The notes under the pieces were generated by a model that was not told the DNA's origin, did no database searches, and saw nothing but the letters and a program-made list of their open reading frames with translations. A stretch of 64,000 bases of DNA from sequence record MK327931.1. One strand, 5' to 3'. Of the stretch, positions 1 through 10,003 are shown in pieces (position 1 is the stretch's first letter; each line of letters opens with the position of its first letter). The translations under genes and the position numbers were made by a program. The stretch comes from Escherichia phage vB_EcoM_G17.

Positions 1-601
1 TACTAAGACATTGAATTTCAAAATGTTTTGCACCTTTGTCAAAATACTTGAATGCATCAATATCACCGACAATAAAACTATTCTTTAATGTAGTGAATAG
101 GTTCTCAGGAAACACGGTAATAGGTGACATTGATTTAAGAATGTATGTATCTTTGGCATTCTTAATGTACTCAATGAAGCAGTAGTTAACGTCAGGCTCG
201 ATTGAACGATCCGCGTTATGATACCAGTGTTTAAACTCACTGTACTCAGCAAACTTATGCTGGCGTAATGCGTTACAATCTTCACACAATGCAGTCATGT
301 TCTCTTTATCATTACCGCCCTGAAGACAGTCCAGTATGTTATGGTCTAACGTCATGCGTACAAGACGTTTCCCTTTAAGTACATAAGGTCTGAATTTATA
401 ACGTTCTTTAGTACTGTGCTTATGTAAAGTGAATACCACATTGGATTCACCACAACAATCACATTTAAAGCCATCACGTGACATTACATGAATGAGTTTG
501 CGTGTGTTCGGTCCAAACTCAGATTTAGTAATGTTATCCACAATTTCTGATGGTTGGTAATATTTTGAATTCCGTTGAATCAGTTCATCGATAGTGCTCA
601 T
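1..601 (-). CDS. HNH/HNN-type (homing) endonuclease; 3' end runs past window start
   Basis: Manual translation from ATG at 601 gives CDCCG zinc knuckle then LDHNILDCLQGGNDKENMTALCEDCN (DH..GG..N..LC..CN HNH motif); no stop before position 1. Confidence 0.6.
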   Translation of the reverse strand, partial: MSTIDELIQRNSKYYQPSEIVDNITKSEFGPNTRKLIHVMSRDGFKCDCCGESNVVFTLHKHSTKERYKFRPYVLKGKRLVRMTLDHNILDCLQGGNDKENMTALCEDCNALRQHKFAEYSEFKHWYHNADRSIEPDVNYCFIEYIKNAKDTYILKSMSPITVFPENLFTTLKNSFIVGDIDAFKYFDKGAKHFEIQCLS

Positions 602-832
602 TTACATTATTCCTTCTATGCAACAACCAAGAATTACTTTTTTAACTTCAACAACTCGTACCAAATAGAATCCATTTGAAAAGTTAAAACTATACATTTG
701 TACTAAGGCATCTGCTTCAGATTTCGCACGGATACATGATAGATAAATTTCACGTATATCATCATCCAACGATACTTGTTTCTCTGCATTGATGACAATA
801 GAACGAATCTCAAAACTAACACCATAACTCAT
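602..832 (-). CDS. hypothetical protein
   Basis: 76-aa ORF in track, tiles with neighbouring minus-strand genes. Confidence 0.4.
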   Translation of the reverse strand: MSYGVSFEIRSIVINAEKQVSLDDDIREIYLSCIRAKSEADALVQMYSFNFSNGFYLVRVVEVKKVILGCCIEGIM

Positions 833-1038
833 TGAGTTTGTCCTACAATAAGCTTTGTGTTAGTATTACTATTGTAACACCACATTTGTTCTTTATTAAC
901 TGTAATCCAAATATCTTTGTTTACTTGTTCGTATGTACTATCACGTACTGCTATGCATTGATTCATGGAATTCATTGGGGTTATTTGTATACCGGAATTA
1001 ACAGAGAAAGCGACTACTAAAAAGATTACTGAATTCAT
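829..1038 (-). CDS. hypothetical small protein with hydrophobic N-terminus
   Basis: 69-aa ORF; N-terminal hydrophobic stretch MNSVIFLVVAFSV. Confidence 0.35.
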   Translation of the reverse strand: MNSVIFLVVAFSVNSGIQITPMNSMNQCIAVRDSTYEQVNKDIWITVNKEQMWCYNSNTNTKLIVGQTQ

Positions 1039-1655
1039 TGGATATTCCTTAATGGTTAATCATCCATCTCTTCGAGATGTCTGTTCGCTTCTAATACTAC
1101 GTATTCTACGCGAATGATTAATAACTGTCAAGGACTTTTAATATTGACGGGATTTGAGGAAGGGATTTTTCTTCCCCCCACAAGGAGGGAAATTTGACGC
1201 TGATGGTATCAGAGCTATTGCATTGAAGATTACTCATAACGAGTGCGAAAGCGGGTCATCCTGTTTCTCTCTACTTCAGTTTCATATGACGGTCTACACT
1301 TTTAAACATAGTGTATCTTCATTAAGTATCTATGCAATCAAATACTTAATGTGAGTACTCAAATTTTGGACGCAACTTTCCTGTACAAAATTCGATAACT
1401 CTCCCTTAGATAATTCGTAAGGTGTTATCCTTATATGTCTATCAAGGAACCACCAGCTATCCTAACGTGGTTCTTTATACAGCCGCATTGCCGTGAGGGG
1501 TTCAAACTATGCCCACATCTAACGGGTTTCTTTTGCTGTTCGCACTGTCGGACTGCTCAACTGCCCTCTACGTTTTCGAGTGGATCAGGTACATGAATAT
1601 CATGCCAACAGAATTGTACAAGATAATTATATCACAAACTTTTACTTCATCCCAT

Positions 1656-1687
1656 AAAAAAAGGTTGGCATAAGCCAACCTTTTTTC
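1656..1687. terminator. bidirectional rho-independent terminator
   Basis: GGTTGGC-ATAA-GCCAACC hairpin flanked by A7 and T6 runs, immediately 3' of the sigma factor gene. Confidence 0.55.
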
Positions 1688-1688
1688 T

Positions 1689-2654
1689 TTAGAAATCTTC
1701 GTATTCGTACCCTTTTGCAAGTACTAGCTTCTTAAGCTTTTGCATAGCTTCACTGTACTTTCGATGTATTGATGAACGGGATTTAACATATTTTCCATTA
1801 TCATCAACAAAACCATTATCAGCAATCTCACGAAGCGTTTCAGGTTCATATTCACCTAGACCATGAACACGCTGGATAATCTCACGTTCTTTAGTACTCA
1901 ATTCGTTAGTCAGTTCATTGATAGCATAACGTAAAGGTGCACGAATACTATCAACATTGAGGTTAAAATCAGAAGCAGGTGAATGAATAATGTCACCTAG
2001 TGTACCATCGGTAACACCGTCTAATGGTGCATCCAGAGAAGTGTATTCGCTTTGAAATAACAAACAGTTATTAACATGCTGAATCTCAATCCCAGTACCC
2101 TCTGAGATTATTTCAGGAGTTGGGCGAACACCATGTTTACGCATATATTCCTGGCAGAATCTTTTTACTTTGATCTTATGAACACTCATATAACGTGGGA
2201 AGTGTACCATATAGTTAGCGTCAGAACTTTCGTTATAAACTGTCATGTAAATACTAGAAGAAGCATAGGTAATGAACTTCACATTCTTATTAAGATCAAA
2301 GGTTTTTAGTGCTCTCATGAACCCCTCAACACCATATGAAATCTTATCTTCAAATGGGATATAACAAGTACATTTACTTGCTACATCAATAATAAGTCCA
2401 TAATTGTAACGAACTAACAGTTCAGTGTTTTTCTTTACATTGATACCAGCTTGAATATCACGAATTAGATCTTCATTGGAAACATTTGGTGGTCGCTTAA
2501 GTGTAATATTATATTTGAAACTGCTTTGTACTTTACCTTCATTTTCATCTTTATCTTCAACGAAATCTAAGGCTTCTAGTGTGTTGACTTCTTCATTAGC
2601 AAAACATTCATCCAGAACTTCTTCGGCAATTGTATTTAAATCAAGCTTTTTCAC
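1689..2654 (-). CDS. sigma-70 family RNA polymerase sigma factor
   Basis: Region 2-like EDKISYGVEGFMRALKTFDLNKNVKFITYASSSIY and region 4-like EREIIQRVHGLGEYEPETLREIADNGF helix-turn-helix. Confidence 0.8.
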   Translation of the reverse strand: MKKLDLNTIAEEVLDECFANEEVNTLEALDFVEDKDENEGKVQSSFKYNITLKRPPNVSNEDLIRDIQAGINVKKNTELLVRYNYGLIIDVASKCTCYIPFEDKISYGVEGFMRALKTFDLNKNVKFITYASSSIYMTVYNESSDANYMVHFPRYMSVHKIKVKRFCQEYMRKHGVRPTPEIISEGTGIEIQHVNNCLLFQSEYTSLDAPLDGVTDGTLGDIIHSPASDFNLNVDSIRAPLRYAINELTNELSTKEREIIQRVHGLGEYEPETLREIADNGFVDDNGKYVKSRSSIHRKYSEAMQKLKKLVLAKGYEYEDF

Positions 2655-2675
2655 TTACATCTCCTAATGACGAAA

Positions 2676-3173
2676 TCAAAATCGATATACATTAATATTA
2701 TCATCTGTGAAGCAATCATGGTTATGCACATCCATGAAAGTACTAAACACTTTATCATATAAAGTTGTATGTTCTTCATGAATAGCAGCATCTAGCATGT
2801 ATTCTCCACCACTACCCATAAAGAAAGTGTAGTCTTCATGTAGATATTCAAGTTTTTTAATAAACTTTCCTTTAGTTAAAATCATATGAATAACATAATC
2901 TTTAGAAAGAAGCACACAATGGCAACTTAACTTTCTGTCAGGTATAACTGGTACTTTATTAATTAACCAATCCAGTACTTTATCAATTTCACTTACTGAC
3001 CCACTAGCACTGAATAAACGGTCATGTACATATAAAGTTTTTTGATTAACAACTCCATATTGATATTTTGGTCTTAGTGGGAAAAAACCAAATAAGTTTC
3101 GTGGTATAGTTGACGTAACTCTAGAATCGGTAATCAATAAATTTAATCGTTTATCAATATAAACAGTTGTCAT
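2676..3173 (-). CDS. hypothetical protein
   Basis: 165-aa ORF, minus-strand tiling. Confidence 0.5.
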   Translation of the reverse strand: MTTVYIDKRLNLLITDSRVTSTIPRNLFGFFPLRPKYQYGVVNQKTLYVHDRLFSASGSVSEIDKVLDWLINKVPVIPDRKLSCHCVLLSKDYVIHMILTKGKFIKKLEYLHEDYTFFMGSGGEYMLDAAIHEEHTTLYDKVFSTFMDVHNHDCFTDDNINVYRF

Positions 3174-3174
3174 A

Positions 3175-3594
3175 TTAAACCTTATCTAAGAATTTATCGT
3201 ATATATAAAATTCTTTATCGGTGAATACATTAATTCTAGTATCGAATCTTTGCATCGTGTTCATATACAATGAACTTTTTAAATAAAAATACAAAGCAAC
3301 AAATTCTGATATATGCATATTCTTTTTATTGTTACATAAATTCTTTAGCATTTTGATGCTATCAAATTCTTCTTTATCAAATCTGTACTGGTAAAAATTG
3401 TATCTATTGGAACGGCACTCATAGATACGAAGTGCCATTATATCAATACATTCTTTAGATTTACAGTACTTATTCAATACGTCATAATCACCCGTACATA
3501 ATGCTACAAAGATTTTATGTGCAAGCGTAGCTTTGCCCTCAATCGTATAATAGCCAAAGAATTTAATGATTAAGTACTGAATGAATGTAATCAT
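3175..3594 (-). CDS. hypothetical protein
   Basis: 139-aa ORF. Confidence 0.5.
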   Translation of the reverse strand: MITFIQYLIIKFFGYYTIEGKATLAHKIFVALCTGDYDVLNKYCKSKECIDIMALRIYECRSNRYNFYQYRFDKEEFDSIKMLKNLCNNKKNMHISEFVALYFYLKSSLYMNTMQRFDTRINVFTDKEFYIYDKFLDKV

Positions 3595-3599
3595 TTGAT

Positions 3600-3860
3600 T
3601 TAGAATTTCTCCGAAATTACTAGAGTGTCATCATAATCTTCTGCAATCTCATGAAGAACTTTTAAGTTACTTTCACCAGAAACGCTTTGTACTTCGTTCA
3701 AAAGATAGTTTAGATCAACTTTAGTTACTTTTTCTGAATCAAATACACAGAAAGTCAATTCAGCGTTTGGACAGATCTTCTTCAGATTATCAGCAACAAC
3801 TTGTTTGAAGTTGAAAGATGGGGAAGCAACCAGGTTAACTGCAACGAGAATAGATTTCAT
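3600..3860 (-). CDS. hypothetical protein
   Basis: 86-aa ORF. Confidence 0.45.
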   Translation of the reverse strand: MKSILVAVNLVASPSFNFKQVVADNLKKICPNAELTFCVFDSEKVTKVDLNYLLNEVQSVSGESNLKVLHEIAEDYDDTLVISEKF

Positions 3861-3934
3861 AATGTTTTCCTTTTTAGCTGATAATTAAATTAGGAGCACA
3901 TTGTACTCCATATTATTTGTTATGTAAAATACTT

Positions 3935-4186
3935 TTAGATACCAAGTGCAGTAGATAACTCTTTACGTTTGTTATATGAATCAGATTCAATCTTACTTTT
4001 CTTGTTGAAAAGGGATTCAATATCCTTATAGATTGCTTCGATAGATTTAGTTACTACCCATTCTGATTCTTGAAGCATACCTTGGAGTCGTGCGTACTCA
4101 ACTTTAATAGTACTGCGAAGTTCTTCACAAACTTCTTCATTCTTAATTAGTGCAGCACTAAGTTCTTTGACCTTATCGATGTTCAT
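3935..4186 (-). CDS. hypothetical protein
   Basis: 83-aa ORF. Confidence 0.45.
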   Translation of the reverse strand: MNIDKVKELSAALIKNEEVCEELRSTIKVEYARLQGMLQESEWVVTKSIEAIYKDIESLFNKKSKIESDSYNKRKELSTALGI

Positions 4187-4245
4187 AAGTTCCTTACTCT
4201 AATTTGTTTTTAACAAAATAATTATATATAACATACTAAATTATG

Positions 4246-4671
4246 TCAAGTATTTTTAGTACCTTCTTCTGCCATTTTTGTGATATACCAATTAAGTACT
4301 GATTTGTGTACCATAAAAAATGTGAATGCAAATATAGCAATAGCTGCTGATGTAACACTATTAGATAATGACCCAAGTTGGATGTTAGTACCTAAAATAA
4401 CAATAAATGGATACAACACAATTAATCTACTGTAAGGTTCGTCTCCAGTATCACGGAGAAATACAAGCCTTTCATGATCAGTATCCATTGTGACAATTGA
4501 ACAGAACATAAGTGCAGACATAAGAGCAATACCAATTTGTGCTACATTAGAAATTGTAAACCACAAAGGATTTAAACCATATGAAATATTATTTTCTGTA
4601 CAGTAGTAACCAAACGAATTGAATGCACAAACTAAAAATACAAAAATACAAATCTTATTATAACCTCTCAT
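4246..4671 (-). CDS. hypothetical integral membrane protein
   Basis: 141-aa ORF with several hydrophobic segments. Confidence 0.5.
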   Translation of the reverse strand: MRGYNKICIFVFLVCAFNSFGYYCTENNISYGLNPLWFTISNVAQIGIALMSALMFCSIVTMDTDHERLVFLRDTGDEPYSRLIVLYPFIVILGTNIQLGSLSNSVTSAAIAIFAFTFFMVHKSVLNWYITKMAEEGTKNT

Positions 4672-5090
4672 TTGTTTAGCTCCGTTAATTTTCGTTTAAC
4701 TTCTAGATCATGAAACTCATCTGCATATGAGTTTTGAACAGTTCTGATGTATTCCAACATAACAAACATAGTTCCACATACCCATAGATATGTATAGTAA
4801 TCAAATACAAATGCATATAACATACACGGTACTAAAATGAAAGTGTAAACAAAACTATATCGTGTAGTTCCAAATACTTTCAGATATAACAAACGTCTAT
4901 AATCACGGGCAAATGTATTGATGCACACTGAAAATGTAATTAATGTATACCATGAAATACCCTGAATTAAACCTGAAACATTTAAAAGTTTATGTTCATC
5001 GGAAAACCCCAGTGCATTTAGCACTGGAGCCATAACCCAACCAATAATACTAATAAGAAAAAGATATTTTGCATTACTTAGTGTGAACAT
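4668..5090 (-). CDS. hypothetical integral membrane protein
   Basis: 140-aa ORF with multiple hydrophobic helices; 4-nt overlap with downstream gene. Confidence 0.5.
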   Translation of the reverse strand: MFTLSNAKYLFLISIIGWVMAPVLNALGFSDEHKLLNVSGLIQGISWYTLITFSVCINTFARDYRRLLYLKVFGTTRYSFVYTFILVPCMLYAFVFDYYTYLWVCGTMFVMLEYIRTVQNSYADEFHDLEVKRKLTELNK

Positions 5091-5091
5091 A

Positions 5092-5550
5092 TTACTTTAG
5101 TCCCCATGCTTTTTTGATTGCATCAACAGAGTTTTGGTCCACTACTTCCTTTTTTTCTGATGTAGTTTGAAGTTTATTAATTACATATTCCTTTGCATCT
5201 TTTTCTATCATAAATTTACCATCAACCAACACACCAAAAACTTTAGAATTTCGGGCTGGATATGGATTAATTTCATCAAGAGTACGGACTTTCTTATCAA
5301 CTATAATGGCTTTGATGTAACCAGTTTCAAGTACTGTTGTAATCACAGTCATTTCAATTGCAACTGGTGAATCTTCCCAATACGCAATCCATTTAGTAAA
5401 GCTACGATCAGGTGAATCTTTTGTGCATTTTAATTTAATTGCACTATTAAAAATGTATTGTTTAAAATTGTCATCGACAACTTCACTAATACTAAAATAA
5501 CCTTCACGCTCTTCAACATTACGTTTGAAATTTGTAGCTAATACATCCAT
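5092..5550 (-). CDS. hypothetical protein
   Basis: 152-aa ORF. Confidence 0.5.
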   Translation of the reverse strand: MDVLATNFKRNVEEREGYFSISEVVDDNFKQYIFNSAIKLKCTKDSPDRSFTKWIAYWEDSPVAIEMTVITTVLETGYIKAIIVDKKVRTLDEINPYPARNSKVFGVLVDGKFMIEKDAKEYVINKLQTTSEKKEVVDQNSVDAIKKAWGLK

Positions 5551-5591
5551 TTTCCATCCCCCTTGGGTTACTTGGTGTGTTAATTATAATA

Positions 5592-6068
5592 CTAAGAATC
5601 TTTGTTGTCAAACTTTTCCCTCAAATATTTTTCTATTAATCTAATTTGTGTTGGTGGTAAGATAAAGTAATCGTACATAGATTTACTACCATGTATCGAA
5701 CAACCTACACTAATACTATAATCATATGGATATAAGTATATTGGGTCTTGTATATCAGGTATGAAAACTATTCTTGATATATTACCATTTCCTATTCTTA
5801 CTTGGACGTTATCATTATTATTAAGATAATTTCTTATACAGTACTCAATTATACCATTTACTTTAGAATCATAACCATAATTTTTATATTCAGGAAAAAT
5901 GAAATAGCGTTCATGGTATAGATATGAGCATAGTAACGCTGGGAAAAAATTCCAAAATCCTTCATGTTTTGCAATTGTTTGTGCATATTTAAAATGATTA
6001 GCATTACTAAAAATATTATACAGCACAAAATACACAAATGGACTTACCAACAACACTATTGTTAACAT
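5592..6068 (-). CDS. hypothetical membrane protein
   Basis: 158-aa ORF, N-terminal TM helix MLTIVLLVSPFVYFVLY. Confidence 0.5.
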   Translation of the reverse strand: MLTIVLLVSPFVYFVLYNIFSNANHFKYAQTIAKHEGFWNFFPALLCSYLYHERYFIFPEYKNYGYDSKVNGIIEYCIRNYLNNNDNVQVRIGNGNISRIVFIPDIQDPIYLYPYDYSISVGCSIHGSKSMYDYFILPPTQIRLIEKYLREKFDNKDS

Positions 6069-6529
6069 CAGAAGCCTCTGTATTTTTCATACACTTCAAC
6101 GCATTCCATGATTTTGTCATCGTCCATCATATCATAGCCTTGTAGAAATTCTTCTTTATCAACCTTCCCTGCCATCATGTCTGTGTCAGAAATTCTGGAG
6201 TCATAGAAGGAATACATATCTTTATAGTACTGGTTTTTGTGCTGCTCAATCTTTACTTTAGCATATCCAGCACAAAATGAAGGAGATTTAACAACTTCCC
6301 ATTTATGCTTCTTGATGGGTTTATCATTAGCATGTTTTTCTCTGTATGTCTGACGATAACGTTCACGCATTTCAGGCATGTATTCTTCAGCAGTACGTTT
6401 AGGGGGAGTTTTACCAGTCCCAATAGTTTTAATAGTTTGACGTTGTTCTTCTGCGTGTACTGGGGAAATAAAACATGATGTACCAAACAGTACTGCTACG
6501 ATAACCATAAAATTCTTAAACATAATCAA
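6068..6529 (-). CDS. hypothetical secreted protein
   Basis: 153-aa ORF with signal-peptide-like N-terminus MIMFKNFMVIVAVLFGTSCFISPVHA. Confidence 0.5.
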   Translation of the reverse strand: MIMFKNFMVIVAVLFGTSCFISPVHAEEQRQTIKTIGTGKTPPKRTAEEYMPEMRERYRQTYREKHANDKPIKKHKWEVVKSPSFCAGYAKVKIEQHKNQYYKDMYSFYDSRISDTDMMAGKVDKEEFLQGYDMMDDDKIMECVEVYEKYRGF

Positions 6530-6753
6530 ACCTCTTTTACAATAATATCGATTGATACTGGAATTGCAATTTCACTATTACATGAATATACATCAGCACA
6601 GTACTCAATATCTAGTACTTTATAATATTTCTCAAAACCACAAATGGTAAGATTCAACGTTGACCCAACTGCTGGGAGTTCAGGAAATGATAAGAACGCA
6701 ATTTTAGAATGAAATTCTTCATTGATATCTTGATATACAGTTGCAGTAATCAC
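6526..6753 (-). CDS. hypothetical protein
   Basis: 75-aa ORF overlapping neighbours by 4 nt. Confidence 0.4.
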   Translation of the reverse strand: MITATVYQDINEEFHSKIAFLSFPELPAVGSTLNLTICGFEKYYKVLDIEYCADVYSCNSEIAIPVSIDIIVKEV

Positions 6754-7334
6754 AATGGTAACTCCTGTAGTGGTTTCATAATACCGAGTACTGGGTGATT
6801 TTCAATCATTGGTCGCCCTGGTACACCAGTGAGGATAACTGGGATAGAACTAATATCTTTTACATAGTTGAATCCCTCAAACGTGAACTCTTGTTTTTTC
6901 TCATTATACAATACCCATAGTATTACGTCAGCTTTTTTCTGGATATTTTTTAACTGTCGAGTACTAACACATGGTCCAAAGTCAGTCCATGATTTATACT
7001 TGATACCTTTTACTTCAATACGAAGGTTGTTTACCTTAATATCACATTCACCGTCACGTGCTTCATTTTGGAATGCTGGATCGATATTAAGTTTAATACC
7101 AGTATTGTTTTCAATTTCATTAAAAAGTACTAAAGATGCGTGCTCACATACCATACCAACAAAATGACTATGTGCATGATTAAAACCATATGGCGATTTA
7201 CTGGCTGGAGCCAAAAGTTTATATCGTTCTGATTTTTCAATCGCTTTTGCCATGAAAGAATCAGCTTCATCTTTATATAACTTAACAGTCATTTTTCCAT
7301 TTTTCAGTACTAATCTATTATCAATAACATTCAT
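6750..7334 (-). CDS. hypothetical protein
   Basis: 194-aa ORF; weak PD-(D/E)xK-like D..ECDIKV..EVK pattern, not assigned. Confidence 0.5.
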   Translation of the reverse strand: MNVIDNRLVLKNGKMTVKLYKDEADSFMAKAIEKSERYKLLAPASKSPYGFNHAHSHFVGMVCEHASLVLFNEIENNTGIKLNIDPAFQNEARDGECDIKVNNLRIEVKGIKYKSWTDFGPCVSTRQLKNIQKKADVILWVLYNEKKQEFTFEGFNYVKDISSIPVILTGVPGRPMIENHPVLGIMKPLQELPL

Positions 7335-7450
7335 AAAAACACCTCATTATTCATTCACTACATGATAACACCAAATCATACACCAGTCAAGCTCATTTTT
7401 TGGATATGCATAATAAATACGTTATAATAATTATACCAATGGAGGGATAA

Positions 7451-8605
7451 ATGTCAAGGTCAATTGCTGCGGCTGGACGCTATAAGTTTGGTGAATGTGG
7501 TTATGTTGTTGATGGTGCAATCCTCAACGATGGAACTAGACTAAAAAATATTAGAATCTATCGCCAAAGAAGCCATAGATTATATGATTTAGTTGATCCC
7601 AGAACTAATATAATATATCGTAAAGTACAAATAACAACTAAAGATAATAAAGGTTATCTATTAAATTACAATAAAACTAATGACCAACTATTAAGTGAAA
7701 TTAATAAAAATTGTTTCTTTGTTCGTGGATATTCCGAAGAGCCACAAGAAACTGATACTGGATTTGTATATAAATTCATGCTACATAAAACAATTTTAGG
7801 TAGTTCACAAACCTTGTATCATATGTATACACCTGAATGTGGTATTATAGATCGTGATATAGATAATATTCTCATTTCACCAGTATTTGTTGGTAATGAC
7901 TCAATTAGTGGTAAATTATTCAACACTGGTTCAGAAATTGATACTAACGGTATGGTAATAACAATCGTATTACCAGACGGGACAGAATACTTTACTACCC
8001 AATTTGTTAATGATGCATTTACAATTCCAGTTGATGTTATCACACAATCAGGGAAAGGTACTGCTACGCTCACTTCTCCATATTATAACACTAAAGTGGT
8101 GGAATTTGATGTTCTTGAAAGTGGTGAGGATATTGATTTTGTTACATCAGTTCTTCTATCCCAATTTGAACCTGTTTCGGAAGGTGTATTTTCTGCGGTT
8201 GTTCCATTTGATGTTCATGATCGTGGACAGTACTTAGCACTTCAAGCATACAGTGGTGACTTATATCAAGTTGGTGTAGATCTTTCTGTAGACGCAGAAG
8301 GTAATATTACTGTGTATCAAACTGATAATTTACCTGTTTCTTTGAGTATAATCGGAAAAACACTGCATACTACTCCTTTCCATAAAGAATATACTTTAAG
8401 TGAGTGGGTTCTCGGTGAAGACTCTATGTACTCTATCTCAGTTCCAGTAACTGAACATGGTAAAGCACTACCACAAGTTCAATTATATTCTTCAGACAAT
8501 CATGTAGTTCATAGTGAAATACAAGTGGATGAAGATGATAATGTAATTCTTAAAGTAGTAGAACCGCTTGACTGCTCAGTCGTAATAGTTGGTTACAACG
8601 CATAA
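7451..8605 (+). CDS. hypothetical protein (plus-strand island)
   Basis: 384-aa ORF with GGA-rich RBS upstream and a terminator hairpin downstream. Confidence 0.55.
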   Translation: MSRSIAAAGRYKFGECGYVVDGAILNDGTRLKNIRIYRQRSHRLYDLVDPRTNIIYRKVQITTKDNKGYLLNYNKTNDQLLSEINKNCFFVRGYSEEPQETDTGFVYKFMLHKTILGSSQTLYHMYTPECGIIDRDIDNILISPVFVGNDSISGKLFNTGSEIDTNGMVITIVLPDGTEYFTTQFVNDAFTIPVDVITQSGKGTATLTSPYYNTKVVEFDVLESGEDIDFVTSVLLSQFEPVSEGVFSAVVPFDVHDRGQYLALQAYSGDLYQVGVDLSVDAEGNITVYQTDNLPVSLSIIGKTLHTTPFHKEYTLSEWVLGEDSMYSISVPVTEHGKALPQVQLYSSDNHVVHSEIQVDEDDNVILKVVEPLDCSVVIVGYNA

Positions 8606-8640
8606 TAAAAAAGCCACTACATTGTAGTGGCTTTAATTTT
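8605..8640. terminator. bidirectional rho-independent terminator
   Basis: AAGCCACTACA / TGTAGTGGCTT hairpin with flanking A and T runs between convergent genes. Confidence 0.55.
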
Positions 8641-8646
8641 ATCTAA

Positions 8647-9459
8647 TTATTTGAAATTGTCACGTAGAACTTCTTCAAGTGTTTTATCTGGATTGCTAAT
8701 GGCTACATTATAAATCAATTCTTTAAATGCAGTTAGTGCCTGCTCAGTTGCTTCTGGACCAAAGTTCTCACTAATGCTTTTAAACATACTTTGTGCACGT
8801 TCTGATTTGATACAACTAGTTACAAACTTGTCAATTTCATTACGAAGCTGCTTAGTTGTCATGTCACCAATGAGCATCTCACTAATTTCTTTTGGTTCAT
8901 CTGCACTTGTTCGGTCATTCGTAAAACCAAACACATCATCACCTGAGCCAAAGCTACGTTTTTCTTTTTTAGTTTCTTTTACTGGTTCTTCTTCAACTTC
9001 TTGTTCGTATTCTTTAGTAAAGAGATGAGATAGTACATCATCAAGATTTTTAACCATACCGTCAATACGAGATTCAGCATTCTTGGATACATGTTTGAAT
9101 GCTTGCTCTAGTGCTTTTTCTTGAATCTGGTCACGAACATTATTAACTACATTACGAAGTTTTTCATTACAGTTGTCTAAAATTTCTAATACTTCACCAG
9201 TTTTGATTTTTTCCAAAAGTACATCTAAATCAGATTTTACATGTTGTTTTTGACTTACTTCACCATTAAGAATTGAATTCAATTCTTTAGCACCTTCAAC
9301 TGCTTCTTCATGTGTTTTAAATTCAACTGGTACGTCAACACCATCCAGTACAATATTAAGCACTTTACCATCAACGTAGGCGTAGGAGTAAGATGCTTTT
9401 TTGAAAGAAATAGTTTTGAAGAAAATGTTGCTCATATTGATATACTCCTTAATGCCCAC
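8647..9459 (-). CDS. hypothetical protein
   Basis: 270-aa ORF, acidic, coiled-coil-like. Confidence 0.55.
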   Translation of the reverse strand: MGIKEYINMSNIFFKTISFKKASYSYAYVDGKVLNIVLDGVDVPVEFKTHEEAVEGAKELNSILNGEVSQKQHVKSDLDVLLEKIKTGEVLEILDNCNEKLRNVVNNVRDQIQEKALEQAFKHVSKNAESRIDGMVKNLDDVLSHLFTKEYEQEVEEEPVKETKKEKRSFGSGDDVFGFTNDRTSADEPKEISEMLIGDMTTKQLRNEIDKFVTSCIKSERAQSMFKSISENFGPEATEQALTAFKELIYNVAISNPDKTLEEVLRDNFK

Positions 9460-9790
9460 TAGCTGGGAAGGTTTTAAACATATAGTGACATTGTACTAAA
9501 TCATCGAACTTCAAGCCGAAGTCTTTAGTACCCATCAGTGTGTGGTAAAAATAATGCGAAATTGTATTAGTTTCAGCGTCTTTAATATAGATACCAAATT
9601 CGGTACAGCAAAACTGAACAACTTCATTATAACTTTCTAACTTGGAAATTACAAGTACTTGATCATAAGAATTTTTATCAAATCCAATGATGTACATTTC
9701 CTCTGTTTCTGGGTGTACAATCATCCCACCGCGAGAAATAATTTTCTCGAAGTTACTGCTCAAGTACTGAATTGTTGAACTTAAGTTCAT
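9449..9790 (-). CDS. hypothetical protein
   Basis: 113-aa ORF. Confidence 0.5.
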   Translation of the reverse strand: MNLSSTIQYLSSNFEKIISRGGMIVHPETEEMYIIGFDKNSYDQVLVISKLESYNEVVQFCCTEFGIYIKDAETNTISHYFYHTLMGTKDFGLKFDDLVQCHYMFKTFPASGH

Positions 9791-10003
9791 TTACAACTCC
9801 TTACGTATTACTCGTCCGGTAAGATGTTCATCTGTACAGAACTTCATTATAAATGCTTTTAGATGGAAGTCTTCTAAAATTCTATATGCTTGCTTTTTCA
9901 TAACGACTTCCTTCTTCTCCACATCAACAATTATATCATGTTTCTCGTGAAGTTCCTGGATCATTTGATATGAATTCAAACTTAGTACGCTCATAACCAC
10001 CAA
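9791..10003 (-). CDS. hypothetical protein (start uncertain)
   Basis: 70-aa ORF overlapping the upstream gene; true start probably an internal Met. Confidence 0.3.
   Translation of the reverse strand: MVVMSVLSLNSYQMIQELHEKHDIIVDVEKKEVVMKKQAYRILEDFHLKAFIMKFCTDEHLTGRVIRKEL

Noticed and set aside
1154-1354. Plus-strand 66-aa ORF in the ORF-free region
   Set aside because: No RBS, odd composition and no neighbouring genes on that strand; the region is better treated as non-coding.
1-1657. HNH endonuclease as part of a group I intron
   Set aside because: The HNH ORF is free-standing with its own start, and no interrupted host gene (split exons) is visible on either side; could not confirm ribozyme core elements by eye.
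6253-6486. 77-aa minus-strand ORF nested inside 6068..6529
   Set aside because: Alternative frame of a longer ORF that has a clear signal peptide; nested ORF has no support.
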